A stretch of DNA of 64,000 bases from a virus, in IMG/VR virus record IMGVR_UViG_3300036770_005084, positions 32,001-96,000 of that record; one strand, written 5' to 3'. Below, in pieces: positions 21,016 through 29,300 of this stretch; the stretch's first letter is position 1, and each line of letters starts with the position of its first letter. The position numbers were made by a program, and so were the translations under genes. The notes beneath the pieces are model-generated. The model saw only the letters and a list, made by a program, of their open reading frames with translations, ran no database searches and was not told the DNA's origin.

Positions 21016-21068
21016 TTATCTTCAAACCTAACAGAGTGATTATAGTCATATTATAGGTTGCATGTCAA
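21016..21068 (-). promoter_or_regulatory. Antisense sigma70 promoter TTGACA-N18-TATAAT with 26-bp repeat (copy 1)
   Basis: Reverse complement reads TTGACAtgcaacctataatatgacTATAATcactctgttaggtttgaagataa. Confidence 0.7.
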
Positions 21069-21122
21069 GTTGTGGAATATTCTTTATGGTGCTATAGTTA
21101 ACTTACATATATAAGAGAAAAA

Positions 21123-21614
21123 ATGAGTGTTATACACATGTCAAGGGAAAGAAAAAGATCTGAACACTATGTAAGCAATAAAGACTTTCATACAGCATTG
21201 ATTGAATATAAAAAAATGGTAGATAATGCTAAAGAAAATAATCTACCAAAACCAAAAATTCCTAATTATATTGGTGAATGTTTTTTAAAGATTGCAACTC
21301 ACTTGTCATACAAACCAAATTTTGTCAACTATATGTTCAAAGATGACATGATTTGTGATGGCATAGAAAATTGTGTGCAATATATTCATAACTTTGATGT
21401 GACCAAAAAAAATCCTTTTGCTTATTTTACTCAAGTCATATATTATGCATTTTTACGGAGAATTGCTAAAGAGAAAAAACAACTTGAAATCAAAACCAAA
21501 ATAATTGAAAGATCTGGATTTGATGAAGTATTTACAGCAGATAGTTCTGATGTTGGATATGAATACGGGGAAATGAATAGTATTAAGGATGGTATTAATT
21601 ATAGATTCAATTAA
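21123..21614 (+). CDS. gp55: Late-transcription sigma factor gp55
   Basis: HYVSNKDF, YIGECFLKIA, NPFAYFTQ, AFLRRIAKEKKQ. Confidence 0.97.
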   Translation: MSVIHMSRERKRSEHYVSNKDFHTALIEYKKMVDNAKENNLPKPKIPNYIGECFLKIATHLSYKPNFVNYMFKDDMICDGIENCVQYIHNFDVTKKNPFAYFTQVIYYAFLRRIAKEKKQLEIKTKIIERSGFDEVFTADSSDVGYEYGEMNSIKDGINYRFN

Positions 21615-21617
21615 ACT

Positions 21618-22655
21618 ATGAAAATAGCTATAATTACTGATACACATTATGGATTTAAAAAAGGAAATAAGATTTTCCACGATTATTTTGAGAAGTTTTA
21701 TTCTAATATATTTTTTCCATATTTAAAGAAAAATAAAATAAAAACAGTAATACATCTTGGAGATTCTTTTGATAGTCGAAAAGGAATTGATTATTGGTCT
21801 TTAAGGTGGGCAAAGGAAAATGTATATGACAAATACTTAAATCTTGGTATATCTTTATATAAAATAATTGGAAATCATGACATCTATTATAAAAATACAA
21901 ACATTTTAAATTCCCCAGATTACCTATTATCGAATTATTCAAATATAACTACTATCTCAAATCCACAGGAAATAAAAATTGATAATTTATCAATATTAAT
22001 GGTTCCTTGGATAACTAGTGAAAATCAAGATGAAGTTAATGAACTAATTTCAAAAAGTTCATCATCTGTCGTTATGGGTCATTTAGAATTAAATGGATTT
22101 AAAGTTAATTCTAAAATGGTAAGTGATCATGGATATAATCCAGATATTTTTAATAAATTTAATAAGGTATTTTCTGGACATTATCATACTCGATCTAATA
22201 ATGGAAAAGTATATTATCTTGGAAATCCATATGAAATGTTTTGGACCGATCATAATGACCTAAGAGGATTTACTATTTTTGATACTGAAACTTTAAGTCA
22301 TACTCATATCAATAATCCTTATAGATTATTTGAAATTGTTGAGTATGATGAAGATAATGAAGACTATAATTTTTCTGAATATACTGATAAGATTCTAAAG
22401 GTTATTATTAAGAATAAAGTAGACATTAAAAAGTATGAAAATTTCTTTGATAAATTAGTTAGTTTTTCTCCACATGATATAAAAGTGGTAGAAACCGTAC
22501 AAACATTACTTACAGATGTTAATGTTGAGTGTGATAGTAGTGAAAATACACTAACTCTACTTGAAAAGTATGTTGATGAATCTGAAACTAGCTTAAATAG
22601 AGATAAGATTAAAAGATTGATAACTCAGATCTATCAAAATTCATACCAAGTGTAA
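21618..22655 (+). CDS. gp47: Recombination endonuclease subunit gp47 (Mre11/SbcD-like)
   Basis: DTH, LGD, GNHD, SGHYH metallophosphoesterase motifs. Confidence 0.96.
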   Translation: MKIAIITDTHYGFKKGNKIFHDYFEKFYSNIFFPYLKKNKIKTVIHLGDSFDSRKGIDYWSLRWAKENVYDKYLNLGISLYKIIGNHDIYYKNTNILNSPDYLLSNYSNITTISNPQEIKIDNLSILMVPWITSENQDEVNELISKSSSSVVMGHLELNGFKVNSKMVSDHGYNPDIFNKFNKVFSGHYHTRSNNGKVYYLGNPYEMFWTDHNDLRGFTIFDTETLSHTHINNPYRLFEIVEYDEDNEDYNFSEYTDKILKVIIKNKVDIKKYENFFDKLVSFSPHDIKVVETVQTLLTDVNVECDSSENTLTLLEKYVDESETSLNRDKIKRLITQIYQNSYQV

Positions 22656-22658
22656 TAG

Positions 22659-22940
22659 ATGTATATACTCACATTGCAAAATAATCCAGACGAAGGTGCA
22701 TTTTCAATACAAACTGAAACTGGAAATAATTCTATTCTTATTTTTGAAGAGCATGACGATGCAGAAAGATATATCTTAATGCTTGATGAATTGGAATATC
22801 CATCAATGGTAGTTACAGAGGTTGATGATGACCTAATGTTGGCAGCATGTGAGCAATATAATTACGAATATGTTATAATTACTCCAAATGAATTAATAAT
22901 ACCTCAAGAATATGATAAAGTTTACCAAAATAAAATATAA
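22659..22940 (+). CDS. DUF3110-like protein
   Basis: FEEHDDAERY motif; conserved between gp47 and gp46. Confidence 0.65.
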   Translation: MYILTLQNNPDEGAFSIQTETGNNSILIFEEHDDAERYILMLDELEYPSMVVTEVDDDLMLAACEQYNYEYVIITPNELIIPQEYDKVYQNKI

Positions 22941-24630
22941 AAATTTTCTTTCTTCTGGTAATTATTGGACAGAGATAAACTTCTTAGAGTGCAATTCGAC
23001 ACTGATTGTTGGGCAAAATGGAGCAGGAAAAAGCACACTATTGGATGCACTTACCTTTGTTTTGTTTAACAAACCATTTAGAAAAATTAACAAAAATCAA
23101 TTAGTAAACACAATAAATGAAAAGGAGTGTTTGGTTGAGATTGATTTTTTTGTTCTCAATGACTCTTATAAAATTATAAGAGGAATAAAACCGTCTAGAT
23201 TTGAAATTATAAAAAATGGAAAAGTATTAGATCAACTATCATCTATAAATGATCAGCAAAAATATCTAGAGCAAAATATATTAAAGTTAAATTATAAATC
23301 ATTCACTCAAATAGTAATTTTAGGATCTACTAATTTTATTCCTTTTATGCAATTGGCATCTTCAAATCGAAGAGAAGTTGTTGAAGATATATTAGATATT
23401 AAAATATTCTCATCAATGAATGATATTACAAAAGTAAATATAAAAACATTAAGGGAAGAAATAAGAGAATATGAATATAAAAAGCAAAATATAAAGGATA
23501 AAATTGAATCTCAAAACACTTTAATTAGTGAACTTAAGAAGAGAAATTCTATAGATATAGATGAAAAAACTAAAAGTAATTTAATTCTTGAAAATCAAAT
23601 CAAAGAATTATTAATTGATACTGAAAACATATCAAAAGATATTGATAAGTTAACTCCAAAAGTAAAGGATGGTTCGGGAATTTCTGAGAAAATTAAAAAA
23701 GCAGAGATATTAATGGTTAAACTAAATCAAAAAATATCTCAGGTAATTGAAGATAAAAGTTTCTTTTTGGAAAACGATGTTTGCCCAACCTGTACTCAAA
23801 AGTTAGATGAACCCTTTAGGGATTCTAAAGTAAGAACACTTACAACTAAAATTGAAGAACTACAAAGTGGAACTAAAGAGTTGGAAAAAACTTTATTAGT
23901 TGAAAAAGATAGGGAAAAGTATTTTTCAGATATACTAGATTCTATCTCAAAATTAAATCAAAAAATCTCCGAAAATAATTTTAAGTTATCTCAATTAGAA
24001 TCACAAAGAACTCAAATCCAAAAAGAAATTCAAAAACTTAATGATAGAAGTGTAGATTTAAATATTGAATATGAAAATTTAGATAAACTAAAAGAACAAT
24101 TAGAAGTAGTATTTGAGGATATTACTAAAAAAACTGAAGATTTAATGAACTATGAATTCATTCATACGTTACTTAAGGATAATGGAGCAAAGACATCAAT
24201 AATCAAGAAATATTTACCAATTATAAACAAGAGTCTAAACAACTACTTAAGTATTATGGAGTTTCCAATTAACTTCAACCTTGATGATGAATTTAATGCA
24301 ACTGCTCTAAATCCAATTTATGAAGATTTTTCATATGATTCTTTTAGTGAAGGTGAAAAAATGAGGATTGATCTATCTTTGTTATTCACTTGGAGAGAGG
24401 TTGCAAAATTGAAAAACTCTATTAATACTAATCTTTTGATCTTGGATGAAGTATTTGATAGTTCTTTAGATGAATTTGGCACAGATAGTTTTACAAAAAT
24501 AATTAAATATATAATTTCAAATTCAAATATATTTGTAATATCACATAAGGTAGATGAATTGGAAGATAAATTTGATCGAGTTTTAAAATTTAAAAAAGAT
24601 AAGGGATTTGGAATTTTGGTTGACGACTGA
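22912..24630 (+). CDS. gp46: Recombination ATPase gp46 (Rad50/SbcC-like)
   Basis: GQNGAGKS, CPTC zinc hook, FSEGE signature, LDEVFD. Confidence 0.97.
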   Translation: MIKFTKIKYKNFLSSGNYWTEINFLECNSTLIVGQNGAGKSTLLDALTFVLFNKPFRKINKNQLVNTINEKECLVEIDFFVLNDSYKIIRGIKPSRFEIIKNGKVLDQLSSINDQQKYLEQNILKLNYKSFTQIVILGSTNFIPFMQLASSNRREVVEDILDIKIFSSMNDITKVNIKTLREEIREYEYKKQNIKDKIESQNTLISELKKRNSIDIDEKTKSNLILENQIKELLIDTENISKDIDKLTPKVKDGSGISEKIKKAEILMVKLNQKISQVIEDKSFFLENDVCPTCTQKLDEPFRDSKVRTLTTKIEELQSGTKELEKTLLVEKDREKYFSDILDSISKLNQKISENNFKLSQLESQRTQIQKEIQKLNDRSVDLNIEYENLDKLKEQLEVVFEDITKKTEDLMNYEFIHTLLKDNGAKTSIIKKYLPIINKSLNNYLSIMEFPINFNLDDEFNATALNPIYEDFSYDSFSEGEKMRIDLSLLFTWREVAKLKNSINTNLLILDEVFDSSLDEFGTDSFTKIIKYIISNSNIFVISHKVDELEDKFDRVLKFKKDKGFGILVDD

Positions 24631-24648
24631 ACCTGATAATGCTATACT
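24620..24648 (+). promoter_or_regulatory. sigma70-type promoter TTGACG-N17-TATACT
   Basis: Near-consensus with extended -10 TG. Confidence 0.75.
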
Positions 24649-24677
24649 ACTTTAGGTGAATAGATTAAAATCTTTAA

Positions 24678-25022
24678 ATGCAAGACGACATTATTAATTT
24701 TACAGGAACTAGTGAAAATTCCCATCCATTTTGGAAATATGGAGAAGATAAAACACTTAAAGCAGTGGAAGAATATCTAAAAGGAACCTATCATTCTCAT
24801 TACGCATCTGATAATTCTAAAGTACAAGTTCTTGACATTATTGATGCCATTGGAGATGGAATTCCATTCTGTAGAGATAATCTAATTAAATATTCTTCTC
24901 GATTTGGTAAAAAAGATGGACTGTCAAAACTTGACTGTCTAAAGATCATCCATTATGGTATTCTTATGTATCACTTTGCTGGATTCAATTCCAGTAACTC
25001 CAATCAATATAGCACTTTTTGA
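24678..25022 (+). CDS. Conserved hypothetical protein (DUF3310-like)
   Basis: TYHSHY, IKYSSRFGKKDG, KIIHY motifs. Confidence 0.65.
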   Translation: MQDDIINFTGTSENSHPFWKYGEDKTLKAVEEYLKGTYHSHYASDNSKVQVLDIIDAIGDGIPFCRDNLIKYSSRFGKKDGLSKLDCLKIIHYGILMYHFAGFNSSNSNQYSTF

Positions 25023-25028
25023 TATATT

Positions 25029-25694
25029 ATGAAACTTTCTGATAATACCCTGACAATTCTAAAAAACTTTTCTTCTATTAATCAATCAATCCTAGTTAAG
25101 TCTGGATCTAAACTAAGGACTATTTCTATTCTAAAAAATATTTTTGCAGAAGCAGAAGTAGCAGAAACATTCCCTAGAGATTTTGCTATCTATGACCTAT
25201 CAGAATTTCTAAGTGGTCTTAGTTTGCACCAAGATCCAGATCTTGACTTTTCACAAGACTCTCATGTAATTATTAGAGAGGGAAAACGAAAAGTAAAATA
25301 CTTTTATGCCGATCCTGAAGTTATCGTTTCTCCACCAGAAAAAGAAATTACACTACCATCCCAAGATGTATGTTTTCAACTTGAGCATTCTCAATTAGAC
25401 AAACTTAAGAAAGCATCTTCAGTTTACAAACTTCCAGACGTTTCTGCTATTGGTGAATCCGGTGTAATTCGTTTGGTTGTTCGTGATAAAAATAATGACA
25501 CATCAACTGAATATTCTATTGTTGTTGGTGAAACAGATGAAAATTTTGTTTTTAACTTTAAAGATGAAAACATTAAAATTATCCCAGGAAGTTATGATGT
25601 AATAATTTCGCAGAAACTATCTGCTAAGTTTGTAAATTCAAAATATAATATTACTTACTATATTGCATTGGAACCTGATTCTACTTTTGGTTAA
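25029..25694 (+). CDS. gp45: Sliding clamp gp45
   Basis: LKNFSSINQSI, FAIYDLSEFL, YYIALEPDS. Confidence 0.97.
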   Translation: MKLSDNTLTILKNFSSINQSILVKSGSKLRTISILKNIFAEAEVAETFPRDFAIYDLSEFLSGLSLHQDPDLDFSQDSHVIIREGKRKVKYFYADPEVIVSPPEKEITLPSQDVCFQLEHSQLDKLKKASSVYKLPDVSAIGESGVIRLVVRDKNNDTSTEYSIVVGETDENFVFNFKDENIKIIPGSYDVIISQKLSAKFVNSKYNITYYIALEPDSTFG

Positions 25695-26206
25695 TGAATA
25701 TTTTTGTCACTTCTCCCTGGCCTGCTGAAAGTGCTGTTTGTCTTCCAGATAAACATATCGTTAAAATGCCTCTAGAGTGCTGCCAGATGCTTTCTATTGT
25801 TGCATCTGAGAAATGGGGATATGGTTACGGTACTCTCCCTAAGGCAGATGGAACTCCTTATAAAACCGAAAAGGGTGCATTTAGAAATCATCCTTGTACC
25901 AAGTGGGCAATGGAAAGTATTCATAATGCCTATTGGTTAATCAAGTGGGGACTGAACTTGTCTGATGAATACTGTCTTCGGTATAATAAGACTCACTCCT
26001 GTTACAACACTCTTGTGGAGGCATACTACCTGTTTCCAAAGGGTAAGATTACAGAAGTGACTCCATTTGCTCGTGCTATGCCTGAGGAATGGAAATTTGA
26101 TAGCACTATTGATACATTTGAAGCATATCGAAGATACATTGCATCTAAACCTTGGGTATCTGAAAATTATCTTCGTATGCCACAACGCAAACCTGATTGG
26201 GTATAA
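25694..26206 (+). CDS. Pyrimidine-dimer DNA glycosylase-like protein (DenV-like family)
   Basis: MNIF, DKHIVKMPLECCQML, NHPCTKW, EYCLRY.KTH. Confidence 0.75.
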   Translation: MNIFVTSPWPAESAVCLPDKHIVKMPLECCQMLSIVASEKWGYGYGTLPKADGTPYKTEKGAFRNHPCTKWAMESIHNAYWLIKWGLNLSDEYCLRYNKTHSCYNTLVEAYYLFPKGKITEVTPFARAMPEEWKFDSTIDTFEAYRRYIASKPWVSENYLRMPQRKPDWV

Positions 26207-26209
26207 ATT

Positions 26210-27154
26210 ATGACAAGTGAATTTCTTTTTGTGGAAAAATATCGTCCGAAAGTAATTGACGATTGTATTCTTCCGGATGAAACTAAAAAAATATTTAAGG
26301 AGTTTGTTGCTAAAGGAGAAATTCCAAATCTTCTTTTATCAGGACCTCCAGGGATTGGTAAAACTACAATTGCAAAAGCACTATGCAATGAACTAGGAGC
26401 AGATTTTTATGTCATCAACGGATCCGACGAAGGACGTTTCTTGGATACTGTACGGAACCAAGCAAAAAACTTTGCTTCGACCGTCTCACTTACGGGATCT
26501 TCTAAACACAAAGTCATCATCATCGATGAGGCAGATAACACAGGGAACGACGTACAACTCCTATTGCGGGCAAATATTGAGACATTTTATAGCAACTGCC
26601 GATTCATCTTTACCTGTAACTATAAAAACAAAATCATCGAACCTCTTCACTCCCGATGTGCAGTCATTGACTTCACTCTCAGAGGAAAAGAGAAAGTACA
26701 ACTTGCAGGGAATTTCTTTCAGAGGTTACGATTTATCCTTGATCAGGAAAAGATTGAGTATGATGAAAAAGTCGTTGCGGAACTCGTATCCAAACATTTT
26801 CCCGATTTTCGACGTGTTCTAAATGAATGCCAAAAATATTCTTCAAGTGGAAAGATTGACTCTGGAATTTTATCCTCATTAGTAGATATAAACGTCAGTA
26901 GTCTAATTAAAGATATGAAGGATAAGAAGTTCAATGATGTTAGAAAATGGGTTGTATCAAATTTAGATAATGATCCAACGACATTACTTAGAAAAATTTA
27001 CGATGCTGGATATACTTCCTTAAAACCAGAATCGATTCCTTCGGCAGTATTGATTATTGGAAAATATCAATATCAATCTGCATTTGTTGCTGATCAAGAA
27101 ATTAATCTCTTGGCAGCATTGACAGAAATTATGTGTGAGTGTGAATTTAAATGA
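26210..27154 (+). CDS. gp44: Clamp loader large subunit gp44
   Basis: VEKYRP, GPPGIGKTT, IIDEAD, PLHSRC. Confidence 0.97.
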   Translation: MTSEFLFVEKYRPKVIDDCILPDETKKIFKEFVAKGEIPNLLLSGPPGIGKTTIAKALCNELGADFYVINGSDEGRFLDTVRNQAKNFASTVSLTGSSKHKVIIIDEADNTGNDVQLLLRANIETFYSNCRFIFTCNYKNKIIEPLHSRCAVIDFTLRGKEKVQLAGNFFQRLRFILDQEKIEYDEKVVAELVSKHFPDFRRVLNECQKYSSSGKIDSGILSSLVDINVSSLIKDMKDKKFNDVRKWVVSNLDNDPTTLLRKIYDAGYTSLKPESIPSAVLIIGKYQYQSAFVADQEINLLAALTEIMCECEFK

Positions 27155-27318
27155 AGAAAAAGACAACCCCAGAAAATGTTAATGAAGCAAATAATGCTTT
27201 GTTTAAGTCAAAGATGAATATTCCAGAAGCAGCAGAACATTGCGGAATGACCATAAAAGAAATGAAAATGACTTTTACAGAGTATCTAAAATATCATCCT
27301 CCAACTTATGAAAATTGA
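27151..27318 (+). CDS. Small HTH-like hypothetical protein, 55 aa
   Basis: Read manually: MNIPEAAEHCGMTIKEMK; overlaps gp44 stop and gp62 start. Confidence 0.6.
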   Translation: MKKKTTPENVNEANNALFKSKMNIPEAAEHCGMTIKEMKMTFTEYLKYHPPTYEN

Positions 27319-27694
27319 ACTGAAGGATTGGTTAAACTCAATTAACCAAACTAAGCATAATATTATTGATGAAGATTTGCAGGTGGAAAAAGAATATCCT
27401 CCTTATATTATTAATAAATGTATGTCTGGATATATTGATACTATAATGCTTGCAAACGAAATAAATCTTCTTCCAAGATTGGACAAAAAACTACAATATG
27501 ATTTTTATATAAATATTGTTAGGAAAAGGAAAAGATTTTCTCCTTGGGTCCGAAAAGAAAAAATCGAAAATCTTGAATGTATTAAATCTTACTATGGTTA
27601 TAGTAATGAAAAAGCAGAACAAGTGTTGAAGATTTTATCAACTGAACAAATTAACTTTATCAAATCAAAAACTGAAACTGGAGGAATGAAATGA
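27308..27694 (+). CDS. gp62: Clamp loader small subunit gp62
   Basis: ELKDWLNSIN, LQYDF, RKRKRFSPW, YYGYSNEKA. Confidence 0.95.
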   Translation: MKIELKDWLNSINQTKHNIIDEDLQVEKEYPPYIINKCMSGYIDTIMLANEINLLPRLDKKLQYDFYINIVRKRKRFSPWVRKEKIENLECIKSYYGYSNEKAEQVLKILSTEQINFIKSKTETGGMK

Positions 27695-28131
27695 GTGTTG
27701 TGACCGAACCTGAAGTTAAGTGGCAACAAAATCAAATGATTGAAGTTCTGCTTAATGAACCTGATGATTTCCTAAAAGTGCGAGAAACACTTACTAGGAT
27801 TGGGGTTGCCTCTCGAAAGGAGAAAAAAATATACCAGTCTTGCCATATCTTGCATAAGCAGGGCAGATATTATTTGGTTCACTTTAAGGAGTTATTTGCA
27901 CTTGATGGAAAACATGCAAATATCACTGTCAATGATATTCAACGAAGAAATCGTATTGCGCAATTATTGGCAGATTGGGGTTTAATTACTATTGTAACTC
28001 CAGAAAAAATCCAAGATATTGCTCCTTTAAATCAAATTAAAGTTATTGCATATAAGGAAAAAGGTGAGTGGATTCTAGAAACCAAATACAATATTGGTTC
28101 TAAAAAGAAGCATTTGGTAGAACCCGAATGA
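27691..28131 (+). CDS. regA: Translational repressor RegA
   Basis: PDDFLKVRETLTRIG, QSCHILHKQGRYYLVHFKELF. Confidence 0.98.
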   Translation: MSVVTEPEVKWQQNQMIEVLLNEPDDFLKVRETLTRIGVASRKEKKIYQSCHILHKQGRYYLVHFKELFALDGKHANITVNDIQRRNRIAQLLADWGLITIVTPEKIQDIAPLNQIKVIAYKEKGEWILETKYNIGSKKKHLVEPE

Positions 28132-28135
28132 TTTT

Positions 28136-28162
28136 GGGGGGTATTCCTACCCCCCTTTTTTT
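28136..28162 (+). terminator. Terminator after regA
   Basis: GGGGGGTA-ttcc-TACCCCCC followed by a T run. Confidence 0.85.
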
Positions 28163-28179
28163 ATGAATCTTATATAATT

Positions 28180-28238
28180 ATATACGGATGCCTTTTGGGT
28201 CCATGTATAACACTTGCTTTAATAGGAGAAAAAAAATG
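28180..28238 (+). promoter_or_regulatory. ROSE-like RNA thermometer candidate in hsp20 leader
   Basis: 5' hairpin, then CTTGCT (28213-18) pairing with AGGAG (28224-28) with a bulged G. Confidence 0.5.
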
Positions 28239-28667
28239 TCTGTAATTACAAAGTTTAATACTTCAAATCTTCAAAAGTTTTTGAACGAAATTGATAGATA
28301 TTACATTGGTGGGGATGAGTGGATTAAAAGAATGTATAATGCAAGTTATAATGATACTAACTATCCACCGTATAATGTCATTAGGGAAAACGATAATGAA
28401 ATTAAATTGGAAGTTGCTGTAGCAGGTTTTAAGTCTAATGATATTAACGTATATACTGAAGATGGTAAGTTAGTTATTGAATGTAATAAGGAAGTAAACA
28501 ATAATAAAGAATATGTTTATCATGGATTAGCAACCAGAGCATTTAAGAGGCAATGGACCATCTCAGATGATATGGAGGTAAAATCTGTAAATCATGAGGA
28601 TGGTGTTTTAATGGTGCTTTTAGAAAAAGTTATTCCAGAAAATAAAAAGAAGAAAGTTTGGTTCTAA
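28236..28667 (+). CDS. hsp20: Small heat-shock protein Hsp20
   Basis: NYPPYNV, LEVAVAGF, HGLATRAF, DGVL; ATG 28236 has AGGAG RBS. Confidence 0.95.
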   Translation: MSVITKFNTSNLQKFLNEIDRYYIGGDEWIKRMYNASYNDTNYPPYNVIRENDNEIKLEVAVAGFKSNDINVYTEDGKLVIECNKEVNNNKEYVYHGLATRAFKRQWTISDDMEVKSVNHEDGVLMVLLEKVIPENKKKKVWF

Positions 28668-28676
28668 ATATAATTG

Positions 28677-28731
28677 AATATCGTCGGCGCAGGGCACAAG
28701 TGGCAAAATCCACTTGACGTGCCCTTTTTTT
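28677..28731 (+). ncRNA. Candidate small structured RNA / terminator after hsp20
   Basis: TAAATA at hsp20 stop; GC-rich 5' end; GGGCAC-AAGTGG/CCACTT-GTGCCC stem followed by a T run. Confidence 0.45.
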
Positions 28732-28742
28732 CTTGCTAGAAT
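28714..28742 (+). promoter_or_regulatory. sigma70-type promoter TTGACG-N17-TAGAAT
   Basis: Near-consensus; lies upstream of the gp43 operon. Confidence 0.7.
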
Positions 28743-28765
28743 AAATGTTGAGTTAATATGTAATT

Positions 28766-29077
28766 ATGGCAGTAAAAATTTTAATTCTTAAATCTCTTGA
28801 AGATGTAATCGCAGAAGTACAAGAAGTATTTACTGGTCTGGAAGTTACATCATATAAACTGGAAAATCCATACACGGTATCTATTCAGCAATCTGAACCT
28901 TCGAATGGTTCTGATATTGTAACTAAAGTCGGATTTTATCCATATGCACCACTAGCAAAAGGTAGCACTGTAGAAATTCGATCTGATTGGGTTGTTTCAA
29001 TTGTTGATCCAATCGAAGAGATTCAAAAATCATATGAGGAAAAGGTAAATGGAAAATCTAAAACTTCTGATATTTAA
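28766..29077 (+). CDS. Conserved hypothetical protein (Sm-like)
   Basis: ILKSLEDVIA..DWVVSIVDP; conserved upstream of gp43. Confidence 0.75.
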   Translation: MAVKILILKSLEDVIAEVQEVFTGLEVTSYKLENPYTVSIQQSEPSNGSDIVTKVGFYPYAPLAKGSTVEIRSDWVVSIVDPIEEIQKSYEEKVNGKSKTSDI

Positions 29078-29300
29078 GAATACACTAGAACTAATTTGTG
29101 AAATTAAAGAACTATCTGCGGAACTTGGAGAACCAGATTGTAAATTAATTAATCCACTAAGAATCTTGAATAATGATACTCTAGAAAGGTGGCCAAATTA
29201 TACAAATCAAAAGGAAATCATAGTACATTCGGATTCTATTTTAACAATTGTAGATCCAGAACCAAAATACATTGAACTTTATTTGAAAGCAATTAAATGA
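29049..29300 (+). CDS. Conserved hypothetical protein (Sm-like)
   Basis: ELGEPDCKLINP..HSDSILTIVDP. Confidence 0.75.
   Translation: MENLKLLIFKNTLELICEIKELSAELGEPDCKLINPLRILNNDTLERWPNYTNQKEIIVHSDSILTIVDPEPKYIELYLKAIK

Noticed and set aside
24630-25029. Absence of cobS between gp46 and gp45
   Set aside because: Differs from many marine cyanomyoviruses, but the gene could lie outside the window.
28188-28235. Longer hsp20 start given by the ORF track
   Set aside because: ATG 28236 has the AGGAG RBS; the upstream sequence is better read as a structured leader.
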